This document shows positions 56,876-59,685 of a DNA stretch of 59,685 nt, piece by piece. A model generated the notes under the pieces. That model saw nothing but the letters and a program-made list of their open reading frames with translations, was not told where the DNA came from and ran no database searches. Numbering within the stretch: position 1 is the stretch's first letter; each line of letters starts with the position of its first letter. The position numbers and the translations under genes were made by a program. The stretch comes from a virus (Duplodnaviria; Caudoviricetes), in IMG/VR virus record IMGVR_UViG_3300008110_000055, positions 1 through 59,685 of that record; one strand, written 5' to 3'.

Positions 56876-57241
56876 TTACACCTCCACTTCGATGGTCTGC
56901 CACTCTTCGTCGATCCACTTGATGAAGTCGTCCCGGTCGACGCGCCATCGTCCGTTCTCGCGGTACATAGCGAGCACGGGCTCGTCCATGTGATCCTTCC
57001 ACAGAAACCGCTTGTACCGGAACGTCTTGGTCGGACGCTTCTCGCGGACAAGGGACATCTTACCGCCGTAAGTACTCTCCCCGTCCTCCTTGTACCAAGC
57101 CGTCCTCTCGTTGTCAGTACTGGCATCGACCACACCGAGAAACGGGCGGCTTCCCCATCCTTTGTAAACTAAGATGACCGGACAACCTTCGCCGTTGACG
57201 TAAGTCTTGCCGACTTCAAGCTGGAGCTTTTCAGTACACAT
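56876..57241 (-). CDS. Early protein, shared C-terminal module family (copy 1)
   Basis: Starts MC; LEVGKTY domain; YKRF...FIKWIDEEW. Confidence 0.7.
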   Translation of the reverse strand: MCTEKLQLEVGKTYVNGEGCPVILVYKGWGSRPFLGVVDASTDNERTAWYKEDGESTYGGKMSLVREKRPTKTFRYKRFLWKDHMDEPVLAMYRENGRWRVDRDDFIKWIDEEWQTIEVEV

Positions 57242-57262
57242 TGTTTTCTTACTCCGGTAAGG

Positions 57263-57628
57263 TTACAGGTTTTCCTCGATCCAGTTGGCGATGCGCTTGA
57301 ATCCCCAGCGCTTGCCGTTGGTGCCGACGTCGTTTACTTCGGCCAAGAACTCACGCACTTGGTACAAGCTATCGTCAGCGGCTTGGCCGAGAACGTCATA
57401 CACCCCGAGCTTGCGCTCGGTTTTGACCGTCATCATGCAGAACGACTCGCCACGATGCGGGTCTACGTCGATGCGTCCATTGTCCAGCACGTGCTGGAGC
57501 ACGCCGAGGCAACAGAACCCCCCATTGAAATCGGTGAGTCGGTCTTGGCACTGGTTGTACTCGCCGGAGCGAAGGGCCTTGACCCACTTGTTCTTGATGC
57601 GCTTGGGCAGCTTGATCTTCATTGTCAC
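57263..57628 (-). CDS. Conserved phage hypothetical protein
   Basis: WVKALRSGEY.Q...FCCLGV...ND...F..IA.WIE motif. Confidence 0.7.
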   Translation of the reverse strand: MTMKIKLPKRIKNKWVKALRSGEYNQCQDRLTDFNGGFCCLGVLQHVLDNGRIDVDPHRGESFCMMTVKTERKLGVYDVLGQAADDSLYQVREFLAEVNDVGTNGKRWGFKRIANWIEENL

Positions 57629-57649
57629 GATTCCTTACTCCTGTAAGAT

Positions 57650-57982
57650 TTAAGCGTGCTGGTTTTCCAGCATGGACGGATTCCACAGACACTCAGACCA
57701 CGCCACGACCTTTCGCCCATCGTCGATGATGGGTTCGAGCTGGTCAGGCCTAGGCGTAAAGCAGATGGTATCGGTGCGGAACCTTGCTCGCTCGTTTGCA
57801 GAGGCTCTCTTGAGCACCTTGTTACCGTCATGCAAAACTTCACACACCGTGACAACATTCGGATAAGACTGCACCGTGGCTACGCACTTGATGCCCGTGA
57901 CAGTCACTACCTTCCCTACCATATCAGGGAATCCGATCGACCACTTTACCCTGTAAGATTTTCCGACTTCGACTTTCATCAC
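57650..57982 (-). CDS. Hypothetical early protein
   Basis: GGAG RBS; C-terminal W..C.W.P. Confidence 0.6.
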   Translation of the reverse strand: MMKVEVGKSYRVKWSIGFPDMVGKVVTVTGIKCVATVQSYPNVVTVCEVLHDGNKVLKRASANERARFRTDTICFTPRPDQLEPIIDDGRKVVAWSECLWNPSMLENQHA

Positions 57983-58029
57983 GCTTTCACTCCCTTAGTT
58001 GCTCTGCAACGCTTGGGGTACCTGCACAA

Positions 58030-58209
58030 TCATGCGCGTACCCCCATGCGATCGCGGCTCGCCACGATAGACGCCCGCCAGTCCCGCTCGCTGCGCTTGT
58101 GGGCCTTCTTCTCCTCGACCGCCACGAAAGCGGCCTGCTTCCAAGGATGGGTTGCTTTCGGCTTCTTTACTTTGTAAGGTTTGAACCCGAAGAATTCACG
58201 GATAGTCAC
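58030..58209 (-). CDS. 59-aa basic early protein (not in the ORF track)
   Basis: GGAG then GTG; MTIREFFGFKPYKVKKPK... Confidence 0.55.
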   Translation of the reverse strand: MTIREFFGFKPYKVKKPKATHPWKQAAFVAVEEKKAHKRSERDWRASIVASRDRMGVRA

Positions 58210-58237
58210 TACACGTTCTCCAACTTTTGGTGGGACT

Positions 58238-58266
58238 ATTATACGGAGGATCTAGGGTGAAGTCAA
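58238..58266 (-). promoter_or_regulatory. Sigma70 early promoter
   Basis: TTGACT-17 bp-TATAAT. Confidence 0.85.
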
Positions 58267-58460
58267 GCCAGCTCGTCGTCACCAAGGTCGTGGACGCAAA
58301 ACAAGCGCTGCTCGAACCTGAACGATTCGCTGTAGGTCTGGTAGACGCGGAAGGTGCCGCGAGTAGCGTCGTCTCCCAAGGCATCCAGCACGGCGTCCTT
58401 CAAGGCCGGAATGCTAGTAGCGTGGGCAATGACTTCACGATCACGAATTGCGATGAACAT
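58263..58460 (-). CDS. Hypothetical early protein
   Basis: GGAG RBS inside a CTTAC-N4-GTAAG palindrome. Confidence 0.6.
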   Translation of the reverse strand: MFIAIRDREVIAHATSIPALKDAVLDALGDDATRGTFRVYQTYSESFRFEQRLFCVHDLGDDELA

Positions 58461-58682
58461 GGCGCTTACTCCAGTAAGATTCGGTTAGTCGAGGTGGATC
58501 GGTTCCCAGCCCATCGCCACCCACACGGCAGCGAGGACGGCATAGGCCACGCAAAGCGTCAGCAAAATCAGTTTAGCGCGACGATTGTTCACTCCAGCTT
58601 ACTCCAGTAAGAAACCGGGTCAAGGTGCCCGAGCTAGAGCCCGCGATTCACCCGCAGGCCCTAGCGTCTGGAACCCTAGCGC

Positions 58683-59276
58683 TTAGGCTTCATCCGCCAT
58701 GTCGAGGGACTCGGCCGCATCGCGGGCGAGGGAGCGCTCGATGCTGTACTCCGCGTAGGCGTTGTGGATCGCGGATTCAGCGTGCGACCAGTCGAAGCCC
58801 GCCGCGTCCATCTCGCGCAGGTAGCCAAACAGCTCGGCCAGCTTGCCGGAGACGGCCGGGCCAGCGGAGACCGGCTCAGTCGTACCCTCACCATCGCCAC
58901 CTTCGCCACCCTCGCCCGAATCGCCACCGCTACGCGGGCCACGCGGGGCCGATTCCTTGAGCGGATAGGCGAGGCGACGCGCCTGCCCGTACTCCCCCGG
59001 AAGCGTGCCGCCGTCCTTCAGGATCTTGTTGACAGCAGCGCACACCTGCCCGATCGACCCTTCCGCAGCGGTAATGGACGGGTCATCCTTCACCAACTGC
59101 TTATACGCCTTGAGCAAGTACTTGACGTGGGCCAGCTCACGCCCCGCGACGGTCTTACGGATCGCCTGATACACCACGTCCATCACGCCAGCGGCGGCGA
59201 TGATCGACTCTCGCGTATCCGTGAAGAGACCCACGGCGACGCCTTCCAGCACCTTAGCTTCATTCTTGCCGATCAT
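58683..59276 (-). CDS. First early protein (two domains, Gly/Glu linker)
   Basis: AAGGA RBS; first ORF after the right-end promoter. Confidence 0.7.
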   Translation of the reverse strand: MIGKNEAKVLEGVAVGLFTDTRESIIAAAGVMDVVYQAIRKTVAGRELAHVKYLLKAYKQLVKDDPSITAAEGSIGQVCAAVNKILKDGGTLPGEYGQARRLAYPLKESAPRGPRSGGDSGEGGEGGDGEGTTEPVSAGPAVSGKLAELFGYLREMDAAGFDWSHAESAIHNAYAEYSIERSLARDAAESLDMADEA

Positions 59277-59352
59277 GACTAATTTCCTTACAGAGTAAGA
59301 GGGTATGCGACCCCCGGCGCTTATCCGCTAGCGGATTTGCTAGCTTGGTATC

Positions 59353-59381
59353 ATTCTAGACTAGGCTTTTGGCTTTGTCAA
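59353..59381 (-). promoter_or_regulatory. Sigma70 early promoter
   Basis: TTGACA-17 bp-TAGAAT. Confidence 0.8.
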
Positions 59382-59685
59382 CCCGCCTCGTTTTCTTACT
59401 TTGGTAAGGCCTCAGTGCCTTCCCATTCCGGTAGCGGTGCTACCTAGTGATTAGAACTATACCGGCATACATAGTTAGTAGCAAGCAACTATTTCACTTG
59501 AAACTATAATCGGTTAACCTGCGTTCAGGTTTAGTAGGCTGGTTGCCTAGGTGAGAATGAATCGTATTTACGGGGGGATGTTGTATCACGGGGGGATGAG
59601 ATTGGTAGACAAGTGTATAGCAATCCATCATCCTTCCCCTAGCACGGGGGCGGGCACGTCCGCGTAGCGGATAGCCGTAGGCTAC

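Larger units (their letters stand above)
49661..59408. repeat. Dense zone of dispersed palindromes NTTAC-N4-GTAAR (mostly CTTAC...GTAAG)
   Basis: Copies at 49661, 51372, 51757, 53101, 53779, 54374, 55840, 56156, 56426, 57059, 57248, 57634, 58465, 58598, 59395. Confidence 0.8.

Noticed and set aside
40745-59282. Many long + strand ORFs opposite the early and replication genes, and - strand ORFs in the late arm
   Set aside because: Antisense shadows of codon-biased genes, without RBS or motifs
49661-59408. CTTAC/GTAAG sites as GacA boxes or CsrA/RsmA hairpins
   Set aside because: The GacA box as I recall it is TGTAAG-N6-CTTACA, with opposite arm order and different spacing; most spacers lack GGA

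Overview
The window looks like an essentially complete ~59.7-kb lytic podovirus-type dsDNA phage genome with two convergent arms. The + strand arm (282-30316) holds late and structural genes: fibre-like genes, endolysin, TerS/TerL, portal, scaffold, major capsid, tail and internal virion proteins, holin-like genes and Rz/Rz1. The - strand arm (59276-30359) holds sigma70-driven early genes, an amidoligase/ATP-grasp/glutamine-amidotransferase cluster, primase, helicase, ligase, a family A polymerase, SSB and nucleotide-metabolism genes. The arms meet at a bidirectional terminator (~30315-30353). There are two tRNAs (Trp-CCA, Arg-UCU). Standout observations: (1) the class II ribonucleotide reductase is split by two group I introns around a 41-nt micro-exon carrying the catalytic residues; (2) TerL carries a Pro-initiated, class 3-like intein inside its Walker A loop; (3) a palindrome TTAC-N4-GTAA (about 27 copies found by eye) is spread over the genome, dense at early-gene starts, and shares its core with two TA-rich palindromic tracts; (4) three early proteins start Met-Cys and share one C-terminal module on unrelated N-terminal domains, next to a duplicated amidoligase/GATase cluster; (5) a 2226-aa polyvalent virion protein has ART-like and HExxH domains. 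All family calls come from motifs read by eye and counts are manual; no database searches were run and the host is unknown.
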